Under the pieces are notes generated by a model that saw nothing but the letters and a program-made list of their open reading frames with translations, did not search any database and had not been told where the DNA came from. Below, piece after piece: positions 18,289 through 26,911 of a stretch of DNA of 50,671 nt; positions within the stretch are counted from its first letter, which is position 1; every line of letters begins with the position of its first letter. The DNA comes from an uncultured Candidatus Saccharibacteria bacterium. Its GTDB lineage: Bacteria > Patescibacteriota > Minisyncoccia > JBAYJV01. Both the position numbers and the translations under genes were made by a program. The DNA is taken from NCBI GenBank assembly GCA_964398685.1, contig CAYNNF010000003.1, positions 11,184 through 61,854 on the forward strand, given 5' to 3'.

Positions 18289-18500
18289 AATATATTTAAG
18301 GCGTTAAAAAGTAATTAATATCCACCATTAAGGGTGGCGCTGATCATTTCCAAAAGAAAGCCAGCGGGCATTAATATTGAAACAGATTAACTTGACAGCA
18401 ATTGTTGATAATTAAAAAGCAGTAAGATTGTCTGGAAAAATAGCAAAAATTAAGGTAGGTAAAACTAACCTCCGAATGTGGATGGTCACTATGTTTTATC

Positions 18501-18528
18501 ATTTTAATGCAAATATTTTATTTGTCAA
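18501..18528 (-). promoter_or_regulatory. Candidate sigma70-type promoter for rpoBC
   Basis: Minus strand TTGACA (18528-18523), a 16-nt spacer, then TAAAAT (18506-18501). It is flanked by the TTATCCACA-like boxes ATATCCACA (18544-18536) and CCATCCACA (18485-18477). Confidence 0.45.
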
Positions 18529-18572
18529 CCCCCCCTGTGGATATGTCATAAAACAGATATTTGATCTTCGCT

Positions 18573-21254
18573 CTAATATTTCGGACTAAACACTTTTATT
18601 AACTGTTTAAAATTTGTTGGTTTGTATTTATCCCATTCTTCCTGCTTCACATAGAGCATTTTGTATGCGATCTTTTTTTGTCTCTCGCTTGCGTCTTCGC
18701 ACCATTGTCCTAACCTCTTTATTTTCTCAATATCGTCTAAATCTTCTCGCCCCTTCGTTTCTACGATATAAATTGTTTTGTTGTCCGTTTTTACAAAAAA
18801 ATCTGGATAATAATTAGAAATCGTTCCGCTTGCATTTTTATAATCAATCTTAAAATGAATCCCGGTATAATTTTTGGCAAAGGAAAGCACATCGTCTGCG
18901 CCTTCCAAGAAATCAGCAAATTCAAGTTCAAAATCACTATCGCCAACAATTTTATTGAATACGCTTTTTTTTGGCAACAAATATTTTTTATCACTAATAA
19001 CAAATGGCCTTGCGTTACTTACTTTGATATAATTTTTTATTTCAGTGTTGCCAACATCTCGCACGGTCAGATTATTTATTTCTTTTTTAAATGTTTCTAC
19101 AATCGTTTTTATTGCCTCCAGCTCAGATAAATTTTGTAAAATATTTGAATCTGTAAGGTCGACTTGTCGCTCAAACAGATAATCGGAAATAAATTCTTTC
19201 ACTTTTCCAAAAAGTATATTGTAACAACCAAATAAACGAAGTTCTCTCATTATTCTTTGTACAAACCAACCAATAGCGCTCTGGTGGTTTGGTTCAATTT
19301 TTGTTTCTAAAATTGTCCGGTGATGTTCTTTATCCTCCAAAACTTCTCTAAAAACAATTTCTTTCTTTTCTTCCTCTGAAAATTGTTTTACTGAAATCTT
19401 GTTATGCTTAAATCCAGCAACATTCAATAAATCAAGATTTTTATATTCTCTTTGGATTCTTGGAGTTAAGATCGGTAATTCAATATCCAAATTTTCAATA
19501 TCTTTTTTCACATTCTGATTATCAATTTCGATGACCGTCGGGGTGATTGGTGGGCTGGAACGATCCATTCTTCGTTTTTCCAGTTCAACGCCTTCCGCCT
19601 TGATTGATTCTACAAATTCCATAAAAGCGGGCGTGCCAATAACGCTCACATATTCCTCAACATCTTGGCCAAAAAACATTCGGCGAAGACCGCGACCCAG
19701 TGTTTGCTCTGGCAATATTTTTGAATCTGACCCATAAGGGCGCAAACCAACGATAGTCGTTACATTTTTGACATCCCATCCTTCTTTAAGCATTAAAACG
19801 GAAACTATCACCTTGTAAGGGCTTTCTATGCTGTCTATCTCATTAGCTTTCTTTCTCAAATCTTGTAGTTCTTTTTCTTTTTTGCCGGTAACTGTTTCCG
19901 AAATCTCACCGCTTTTGTTTGTATGAATAGTTAAAACCGCGCCTTTAAATTGTGGATAACTTTTCTCCAAAAATTCCGCCACATCATCGCAATTTTTTGT
20001 GTCATCGGTCATTATAAAAAGAATTGATTTTTTACCAGTCGGTTCAAGTTCTTTGTATATTTTTTTCCATTCTTCAACTCCTAGTCTGATATAGTCCTCG
20101 TATTTTTCGGAAAATATTGAGCTCTGTTTTTCTTGCAGTTTCGCCCGGCTGGCTTGATCTGGTAAAACAGGATTTTTTACGACTCCCTGATGTATAGCTT
20201 CAACCAAAGGATAGTCAGAAATAGTTTGCACGAAAATTTCACCGCGATTATTTTTCGGCGTAGCAGTAAAATCAATTTGCAGAGCTAATTTTTTGCCTTT
20301 TTGTAATAATTTATTGTGTATATCTTCAATAGATTTAAACCACGCCATTTTTGGATCATGTATATGGTGCGCTTCGTCATTTATAATCATCAATTCATCA
20401 ATATCGCGTACTATTTCTCCCAGATCAACTTTTGAATCATTGGTTTTACCAACAACCTTGTTCCCAAGAAAATAGTCCGAAGTATTTTCGTCTTCAAAAC
20501 TTGCTTCATTTATATTTCCTTCATAAACTCTATGAATATTGGTCAAAAAGATATTTCCCGATTTTGAAATTGTGCCAACCTCATCTTGCAAATGCAATTT
20601 GATTTGAAAATCGTCTTGCCAATTCTGTCCGCCGTATCCATTGTTAGGCAAAATTGGATCTTCATAAAATATTTTTAAGCCTTCAAAATCCGTTTTGATT
20701 CTATCCAAAACAATGATATTTGGGGTGATGAGCAAAAAATTTTTGGATAATTCTGAATTTTTCTCATAAAATTTATGAAAATATGACCAAGCCAAAAGTA
20801 AGCTCATTACTTTTGTTTTTCCACTTCCGGTTGCCATTTTTATCACAAAACGAAGCCAATCTTCGTCAAACATATTCGGGCTCACCCTACCCAATTTATC
20901 AAACTTAATTAAATCATATTTACTTTCAACTTTCTCAACATCATAAAGCCAAATAATAGTTTCCACCGCTTCTCTTTGAGCATAGTAATATTGAAAAGCA
21001 GTGCTTTCGCTGTCTTTGGTATAAATTGTATGAAGTTCCTTGAACCACCAATTCAATAATGCTTTTGAGGTTTCGCTTGCGCCATCATAATTATTTTTCC
21101 GCCACTCGGCTACTTTTTCGCGAAGTTCCGGCACAAAGGGAGGCAGAAGTTTTTCGTAACCCTCTTTACGCAAATCCTCATCGGCCGGAAACCACCTAAT
21201 CGCCGGATCAAGTATTTGATATTTATCTTTTGGAAAATTTTTATGTAATGCCAT
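18573..21254 (-). CDS. res: Type III restriction enzyme Res subunit (SF2 helicase + C-terminal nuclease)
   Basis: Helicase motif I ATGSGKTKV and motif II NDEAHH. C-terminal PD-(D/E)xK-like YYPDFFV...IYIVETKG. Confidence 0.88.
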   Translation of the reverse strand: MALHKNFPKDKYQILDPAIRWFPADEDLRKEGYEKLLPPFVPELREKVAEWRKNNYDGASETSKALLNWWFKELHTIYTKDSESTAFQYYYAQREAVETIIWLYDVEKVESKYDLIKFDKLGRVSPNMFDEDWLRFVIKMATGSGKTKVMSLLLAWSYFHKFYEKNSELSKNFLLITPNIIVLDRIKTDFEGLKIFYEDPILPNNGYGGQNWQDDFQIKLHLQDEVGTISKSGNIFLTNIHRVYEGNINEASFEDENTSDYFLGNKVVGKTNDSKVDLGEIVRDIDELMIINDEAHHIHDPKMAWFKSIEDIHNKLLQKGKKLALQIDFTATPKNNRGEIFVQTISDYPLVEAIHQGVVKNPVLPDQASRAKLQEKQSSIFSEKYEDYIRLGVEEWKKIYKELEPTGKKSILFIMTDDTKNCDDVAEFLEKSYPQFKGAVLTIHTNKSGEISETVTGKKEKELQDLRKKANEIDSIESPYKVIVSVLMLKEGWDVKNVTTIVGLRPYGSDSKILPEQTLGRGLRRMFFGQDVEEYVSVIGTPAFMEFVESIKAEGVELEKRRMDRSSPPITPTVIEIDNQNVKKDIENLDIELPILTPRIQREYKNLDLLNVAGFKHNKISVKQFSEEEKKEIVFREVLEDKEHHRTILETKIEPNHQSAIGWFVQRIMRELRLFGCYNILFGKVKEFISDYLFERQVDLTDSNILQNLSELEAIKTIVETFKKEINNLTVRDVGNTEIKNYIKVSNARPFVISDKKYLLPKKSVFNKIVGDSDFELEFADFLEGADDVLSFAKNYTGIHFKIDYKNASGTISNYYPDFFVKTDNKTIYIVETKGREDLDDIEKIKRLGQWCEDASERQKKIAYKMLYVKQEEWDKYKPTNFKQLIKVFSPKY

Positions 21255-21278
21255 AAAATTTAAGTCTGTGGATAACTA

Positions 21279-21306
21279 TTGACTTTTAATAATCACTTGC
21301 TATAAT
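21279..21306 (+). promoter_or_regulatory. Near-consensus sigma70 promoter pointing antisense into the NYN gene
   Basis: Plus strand TTGACT (21279-21284), a 16-nt spacer, then TATAAT (21301-21306). All neighbouring genes are on the minus strand. Confidence 0.5.
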
Positions 21307-21312
21307 GTAAAT

Positions 21313-21368
21313 GATCGTAAGATCACTAATTCTAGAGCTTAGAGGCCCCTTCATCGGGGTCTCTTTTG
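21313..21368 (+). ncRNA. Candidate short cis-antisense RNA overlapping the NYN 3' end (or 5' end of a leaderless 44-aa ORF, 21311-21445)
   Basis: It starts about 7 nt after the TATAAT. It holds a small hairpin gatc-gtaa-gatc, then a 9-bp stem agaggcccc/ggggtctct (21341-21349 / 21356-21364) followed by TTT. There is no expression evidence. Confidence 0.3.
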
Positions 21369-22108
21369 CATTCCAACTCTCTTTTCCAACATATGAAATC
21401 GCGAATTTTCTGAATATCAAAAATCATCAGTCCTCTTGTAGTTAAGGCCGAAAGCTCTTTGGATACTTTTCTGGCAGTTGCAAATAAAATCACTTTTTTT
21501 CCGGCACTCATTAATTTCTCAACAGGATCAGCGAAATCGCTATCTCCGCTCCATAATATAAAAGTTTCTACGCTATTTCGTTCACAATCAAGAAGCATAT
21601 CAACTCCAATTTCAACATCAAAATTACATTTCATATCCTTGATGAAATATTCTCCTTTTTTATTCATGTCTTTAAATCGCTTATTCAGGTACTCAATGGT
21701 TGCAATTTCATATCTTTTAAGAAGCGCACGCCGAATAAACTGATTGAGCAATACCGTTGAATCGGGTGATATACTAGAAGCATTAATGGAAAAATTTATT
21801 ATTTTTACAGGTTTTGTTCGAAGAATGTACTTGCAGTTCTCTGTTTCTGTTTTTTCTCTTTCTGACCTCTCGTTACCCTCTAAATATCCATTATAAAAAT
21901 TGATTGCCTTTATTTTACTAAAAGAATCTAAGAATTGTTTAAGTCTTTTTAAGTCGATGTGCCACCCAAGTTTTTCGCTCCATGGACGCACATTTGCATA
22001 ATCAATATAGATGCGAGTTTTTGTGCCAAAAATATCATCAAGTTGACTGATGACTTCTCGTTTGTTTTTTGCAATATTTTTAATTCTTTTTGTTTTTGCT
22101 GAAAACAT
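21332..22108 (-). CDS. NYN-domain (LabA/DUF88-like, PIN-like fold) putative ribonuclease
   Basis: RIYIDYANV (N-terminal D..N), CNFDVEIGVDML, ILWSGDSDFADPVEKL...GKKVILFA. These are the characteristic NYN/LabA motifs. Confidence 0.7.
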   Translation of the reverse strand: MFSAKTKRIKNIAKNKREVISQLDDIFGTKTRIYIDYANVRPWSEKLGWHIDLKRLKQFLDSFSKIKAINFYNGYLEGNERSEREKTETENCKYILRTKPVKIINFSINASSISPDSTVLLNQFIRRALLKRYEIATIEYLNKRFKDMNKKGEYFIKDMKCNFDVEIGVDMLLDCERNSVETFILWSGDSDFADPVEKLMSAGKKVILFATARKVSKELSALTTRGLMIFDIQKIRDFICWKRELECKRDPDEGASKL

Positions 22109-22112
22109 AAAA

Positions 22113-22325
22113 TTACCTAATTTTTTGATATTGATACCTATACTTTATATAATCATTCAAAAATTGGCCATTTGAAGACGCACTTATTAAATTTTGATAT
22201 AAATATTTTGGCACATTAAAATACTGATAAATTTCAGCCGAACTAAACTCTACTTCTAAAGTAGCCGACTGAGGGTCATAGCCAATTGAGCGAATATTTG
22301 ACGAATTTACTGGTTTTCTGTTCAT
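22113..22325 (-). CDS. KTSC-domain protein
   Basis: SSNIRSIGYDPQSATLEVEFSSAEIYQYFNVPKYLYQNLISASSNGQFLNDYIK matches the KTSC domain pattern over its full 70 aa. The stop lies 4 nt before the NYN start. Confidence 0.75.
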   Translation of the reverse strand: MNRKPVNSSNIRSIGYDPQSATLEVEFSSAEIYQYFNVPKYLYQNLISASSNGQFLNDYIKYRYQYQKIR

Positions 22326-22423
22326 ATTTATGTATTAATTTCAATAATTTTCATTGGTTGGAAATTATTTGATTGATAGGTCAAGGATTTAAAATTTATC
22401 TTTTAGAAAATTTTTGTGTAATC

Positions 22424-22825
22424 CTATATCTTATCTTTAAATTTCAACCACAATCTTTCAAAATATTTTTTATCCATAAACTCTATTGTTTCGTCAGCTT
22501 CTTTTATTAAACGACTAAAGTGTGAATTTTTTTCTAATTGCGGCCTCCACCATTCTTTAAGATCCCTTAAAATTCTTTTTGAAACTGGATAATATTCTGG
22601 AAATCTTCTTAAGTCAAATATAACAGCGACTTGCTCATCAAGTCCCGTTTTCTCGTCACGATTTGAAATTTTTCTTATTATTTTTTCATGAAATCTCTCA
22701 AAATTAACTTGATCTTGTTCCTTCTTTTTCGCATGCAAATATTGAAACAGTGGAACAATAATCCCAAAAAATGAAACTGCTATCGCTGCTATTTCCTTAT
22801 AGTTTTTTATAAAAAAGTTTTTCAT
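22424..22825 (-). CDS. Hypothetical protein, N-terminal TM anchor + charged helical domain
   Basis: TM helix IAAIAVSFFGIIVPLF. The ATG overlaps the mod stop (ATGA at 22822-22825), suggesting translational coupling. Confidence 0.55.
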   Translation of the reverse strand: MKNFFIKNYKEIAAIAVSFFGIIVPLFQYLHAKKKEQDQVNFERFHEKIIRKISNRDEKTGLDEQVAVIFDLRRFPEYYPVSKRILRDLKEWWRPQLEKNSHFSRLIKEADETIEFMDKKYFERLWLKFKDKI

Positions 22826-24903
22826 ATATTTATCTCAATTACTTTTGTCGTATCATTTCCAAAAATATCAATGACCTTGATTGCGATTTTCATTTTTCCT
22901 CTTGGCACAACCACGACCTTGAAAGCTGAAATCAACTCAAGCACTCTGTCTTTCTTTGTTCTAAACGACTGCCATTCATTCTCAAAGATGTAGCTTCCGG
23001 TCCATTCTTCTTTCTCTTCGCCAGTTTTTTCATCAATTACGCGGACAATTTCTTTTTTGCTTTCAAAATCAAAATCAACTGACCAATAATCAATCCAGTC
23101 CGTCCATTTTTTTGTCAAAACTTCTTTTTCAATAATACCTGTTTGCTTGTCTTTGAAAATTTTAATCACTTGCCCATTTTCAATAATAATTTTACTTCCG
23201 CCTGATTTCAGTTTTTCTTCTACCTCGCCGGTATTGTCTTGGTTATAAAAAACGGAAAAGTCGGTCAATTCAATCGCTACTTCTTTGGCATTGCCTCTTC
23301 CGCGAATTATTGGCTTGACTTCAACATAGGCGACATCATAAAATTTCACCTGCCCCTTTTCCACCGCTTTTTTATCAAACACTTCGCGCGGAATAACTTT
23401 GAACTGCACATCAATTCCCATTTTTTTTACCTGTTCAAAATCTAACCCCATTTCATAATCAAATCCTAAAACATCCGCTTTGGTGATTTTCTTTTCTTTA
23501 CACTCGCTCATAACCCTTTCTAAGAAATTATTGGTAACGGGAGTGTCAATTGATCCAACAGCGACCAACCTATCTCTTTTCTTACCGACAAAAGTATTAA
23601 AAGAATCAACTGGCTCGGCTTTGTAGGCCGAAAGGATAAGTTTGATAAATTCTTTTTCTTTGTTTTCTCGCTGGATTCTTTTTTCTTCTTCACGCAAATT
23701 TTCATTTACATTCAAAAACTTTTCTCGTTCGTATTTGCCAATGTTCAAAATCTCAAATGCCCGAAAATCCTTTCCAGCCTTTTTCAGCTCTCTTTGCACG
23801 CCAATCATTCGTTTGCGGGTAGTATGAATAGAAAACCGTCCTAAATCGGCGCCAATCCATTTTCTGCCTAATTTTTCTGCCACTGCCAAAGTCGTGCCAG
23901 AGCCGCAGAAAAAGTCGGCAACCAAGTCGCCTTCATTGGAAGATATTTTAATAATTCTTTCTAAAAGTTGCTCCGATTTCTGTGTTGGATAATCAAGTTT
24001 TTCATAATCAGTTGGACTCGTAATTTTTTTAATATCAGGCCACCAGTCGTTAATTGGTGTTCCAACTTCTCGCAATTTTGCATCTTCTCCCTTTACAGCA
24101 GTTCTGCCACGCTCAACCGTTCCTTCCGAATACGGACGATATTGCGGATTATAAATCCATTTATCTGATTTTGTGTACCAAAAGATTGTATCGTATTTTT
24201 TGGGCATTTCGTTTTGTGGGATACCCCCACCGCTATAAAGCCACGCAATCGTGTTCCTTAAGTTATTTTTTCCAAAAACCTCATCTAAGACTAATCTCAT
24301 ATAACTATTCACACGCCAATCACAATGCACATAAATACTGCCGTCATCTGCCAAAAGCCCGTGCATCAATTTCAATCTTTCATAAATCATGGCGATAAAA
24401 CTGTCCGCGCCTTTGCCCCAAGTGTCGCGGTAGGCAATTTCTTCAATCACTGACGGCTTTTTAGTAAAACTTTCTTCGCCAATTTCAATATTCATAGAAA
24501 AATCCGCGCCGACATCAAAAGGCGGATCAATGTAAATCAATTTCAGTCCGCCTTCGGCTTCAATTTGTTTTCGCAAAGGACCATTTTTAAGCGATGATAA
24601 AATTAGCTTATTATCCCCCCAAATAAGTTTATTTGACCAACCTTGTATTTGACGACCAGACATATCAAATAATTCTCTTTGTCTTTCTATTTTTTCCTCG
24701 CTTCTCGGCTCATCAATATGTTCAATCGCCTGAAAAGGCAAAACTGTATTCTCTACCTCGTCGGTTTTCCCATTCCATAGAAGCTCAACCTCTTTGTCGC
24801 TATCAAAAAGTAAAAAACGATATTTTTCCGGCAACGGCTTGCCCGATTCCAAATACTTTATAACATCCCTTTTTTCATTATCGGTTAAATTAATCTTATT
24901 CAT
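22822..24903 (-). CDS. mod: Type III R-M DNA methyltransferase Mod (beta-class amino-MTase)
   Basis: Motif IV IYIDPPFDVG lies upstream of AdoMet motif I DFFCGSGTT (beta order). A long variable C-terminal region could serve as a target-recognition domain. Confidence 0.88.
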   Translation of the reverse strand: MNKINLTDNEKRDVIKYLESGKPLPEKYRFLLFDSDKEVELLWNGKTDEVENTVLPFQAIEHIDEPRSEEKIERQRELFDMSGRQIQGWSNKLIWGDNKLILSSLKNGPLRKQIEAEGGLKLIYIDPPFDVGADFSMNIEIGEESFTKKPSVIEEIAYRDTWGKGADSFIAMIYERLKLMHGLLADDGSIYVHCDWRVNSYMRLVLDEVFGKNNLRNTIAWLYSGGGIPQNEMPKKYDTIFWYTKSDKWIYNPQYRPYSEGTVERGRTAVKGEDAKLREVGTPINDWWPDIKKITSPTDYEKLDYPTQKSEQLLERIIKISSNEGDLVADFFCGSGTTLAVAEKLGRKWIGADLGRFSIHTTRKRMIGVQRELKKAGKDFRAFEILNIGKYEREKFLNVNENLREEEKRIQRENKEKEFIKLILSAYKAEPVDSFNTFVGKKRDRLVAVGSIDTPVTNNFLERVMSECKEKKITKADVLGFDYEMGLDFEQVKKMGIDVQFKVIPREVFDKKAVEKGQVKFYDVAYVEVKPIIRGRGNAKEVAIELTDFSVFYNQDNTGEVEEKLKSGGSKIIIENGQVIKIFKDKQTGIIEKEVLTKKWTDWIDYWSVDFDFESKKEIVRVIDEKTGEEKEEWTGSYIFENEWQSFRTKKDRVLELISAFKVVVVPRGKMKIAIKVIDIFGNDTTKVIEINI

Positions 24904-25020
24904 GGTTTTTGAATAAATAATTCAATTAACACGATAATGATAACTAATTTAAACAATTTTGTAAACAAATTATCTGAAGCTGTTTTGTCTTATATTTTTT
25001 TAAATTTCTTCCTCTATTTT

Positions 25021-26490
25021 TTAGCCAGGCGGCATTTCGTTGGGCTCGGGCGGAAATTCAATTTCTTCAATCTCGCCAGGACGCTTGCTCACTGATTCGT
25101 AGGTAGCAGATTTCTCTTTAAAATAAACATTAATATGACCCGTTGGCCCATTTCTGTTTTTGGCAATAACAAGTTGTCCCTCAGGTTGAAGACCTATTTC
25201 AGGCAATGCTTTTTCTTCGCGATAAATAAACATAACAACATCCGCGTCCTGTTCTATTGATCCTGATTCGCGAAGATCTGAAAGTTTGGGAATAGAATAG
25301 GATCGATGTTCAACCGCGCGAGAAAGCTGAGATAAGGCAAGTACTGGTATATTAAGTTCTCGCGCTAATGCTTTGAGCGATCGAGAGATTTTTGAAATTT
25401 CTTGAACACGATTTTCTGTCTTGGCAGACGGCTCCATTAATTGAAGATAGTCTATAATAATAAGCCCTAAATCAGATTGCGCCTGCAACCTCCTTGCCAT
25501 TCCTCTCATTTGAAGAACATTACTAGTCATGCCGTCGTCAATATATATTGGAGCGTGAGAAAGATCGTCTAAAACATGTTGAATAACATCAAAATCATGA
25601 TCGGCCAAATTACCCGTTCTTAACTTCCACAAATCAATGTTTCCTTGTTGAGATACCAATCTATCAACCAATTGGTCAGTTGACATTTCAAGGCTAAAAA
25701 TACCAACCGCCTTTTTTTCTTTGAGCGCTATATTTCTAGCAATATCTAAGGCAAGAGATGTTTTTCCAATGCGCGGTCGCGATGCTAAAATTATTAAATC
25801 GGTTTTCTGAAAGCCAGAAAGATATCTATTGTCCAAATCAGGATAGCCGGTAGCGACTCCCCTTAATCTTTTGCCTCCCTTTTGATGAAGCAAATCAAAG
25901 CGTGAAAAAGCTTCGGCCAAAGGTTCTTTTAGAGAGAGAAATTCGTGAGTAAGAGATTTTTGGGCAATAGAAAAAACCCGTTTTTCCGCCGCATCCAAAA
26001 CTTCATCAATATTCTTATCTTCGTTATATCCAAGCTGAGCCAAATAATAGGAAGCGTCAATAATATCGCGCAAAACTTTCTTTTTAGAAACAATTTTAGC
26101 ATAGCTATAAACATGGCTTGAAGTTGGCACAGCATTGACCAAGTTGGCTAAATATGATCTGCCGCCTATTTCTTCAAGCTGTTTTTTTTCTTCAAGCTTA
26201 GCTGAAACACTCAAAAGGTCTATTGCTTCTTGTTCTCTGAAAATTTCAAGCATAGCTGAATAGATTAATTGATGCCGCCTGCGGTAAAAGCTCTCTGGAC
26301 GCAAGAAATCCGAAACTCTAATAATCGCGTTCTTATCAATCATAGCCGATCCTAAAACAGATTGTTCTGCTTCAATGCTTTGAGGAGGCAAACGGTCTTG
26401 GGATGTTTGAATTGACAGAGAATCAATCTGAATATCAGAATTTTGTTCTTTGGGTTTTTCCCTTTTAACTTTTTTGTCTTTGTTAACCAT
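25021..26490 (-). CDS. dnaB: Replicative DNA helicase DnaB
   Basis: PPQSIEAEQSVLG N-domain, Walker A SRPRIGKTSLAL, IIIDYLQLM, ALSQLSRAVE. Confidence 0.95.
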   Translation of the reverse strand: MVNKDKKVKREKPKEQNSDIQIDSLSIQTSQDRLPPQSIEAEQSVLGSAMIDKNAIIRVSDFLRPESFYRRRHQLIYSAMLEIFREQEAIDLLSVSAKLEEKKQLEEIGGRSYLANLVNAVPTSSHVYSYAKIVSKKKVLRDIIDASYYLAQLGYNEDKNIDEVLDAAEKRVFSIAQKSLTHEFLSLKEPLAEAFSRFDLLHQKGGKRLRGVATGYPDLDNRYLSGFQKTDLIILASRPRIGKTSLALDIARNIALKEKKAVGIFSLEMSTDQLVDRLVSQQGNIDLWKLRTGNLADHDFDVIQHVLDDLSHAPIYIDDGMTSNVLQMRGMARRLQAQSDLGLIIIDYLQLMEPSAKTENRVQEISKISRSLKALARELNIPVLALSQLSRAVEHRSYSIPKLSDLRESGSIEQDADVVMFIYREEKALPEIGLQPEGQLVIAKNRNGPTGHINVYFKEKSATYESVSKRPGEIEEIEFPPEPNEMPPG

Positions 26491-26644
26491 ATAATAATAT
26501 TAGTTATTATTAAATATTTGTCTGGTTTTAGTTTAACAATAAAAAATTACTTTTAAAAATATATCTGTTTTATAGTTCAATCTTGTTAAATTGCCTATTT
26601 TGTGGATAAGACCTTTGTAGCTCCTTGAATTAAATGGGGATAAT

Positions 26645-26911
26645 GTGTTATTATCTAATAAACATATGGAGTTTTTAATCAAAATTAGAAAACAAAAATC
26701 CGATTTAGTCATTAAAACAGACGAAAAAGAGTTAAAAAAAGAAATTGATTCAGATAAAACTTTTTCAAATAATCTTCTCCCTTCTATTGACAAATTAATT
26801 AAAAAAGCAGGCATTAAGATTATGCCCAAATTTTCTGTTGAGTGCGATAAAAACGCTAGCATGATTTCCTGCAATGTTGCCAAGGCAACTGCTAATGCTC
26901 TAAATATATGA
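26645..26911 (+). CDS. Hypothetical 88-aa protein
   Basis: K/E-rich composition typical of this genome. The stop overlaps the next start (ATGA at 26908-26911). It is preferred over the L/S/F-rich antisense ORF 26533-26883. Confidence 0.45.
   Translation: MLLSNKHMEFLIKIRKQKSDLVIKTDEKELKKEIDSDKTFSNNLLPSIDKLIKKAGIKIMPKFSVECDKNASMISCNVAKATANALNI

Noticed and set aside
26491-26644. Chromosomal origin of replication upstream of dnaB, based on a divergent gene pair, AT-rich DNA and DnaA-type boxes
   Set aside because: There is only one perfect and one imperfect box and no dnaA/dnaN nearby. Gene orientation returns to the minus strand after 1.4 kb, so there is no sustained strand switch. The evidence is insufficient.
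26533-26883. 116-aa minus-strand ORF upstream of dnaB
   Set aside because: It has L/S/F/I-rich shadow-like composition and overlaps the plus-strand 88-aa ORF, which is translationally coupled (ATGA) to the next gene. Neither ORF is strongly supported.
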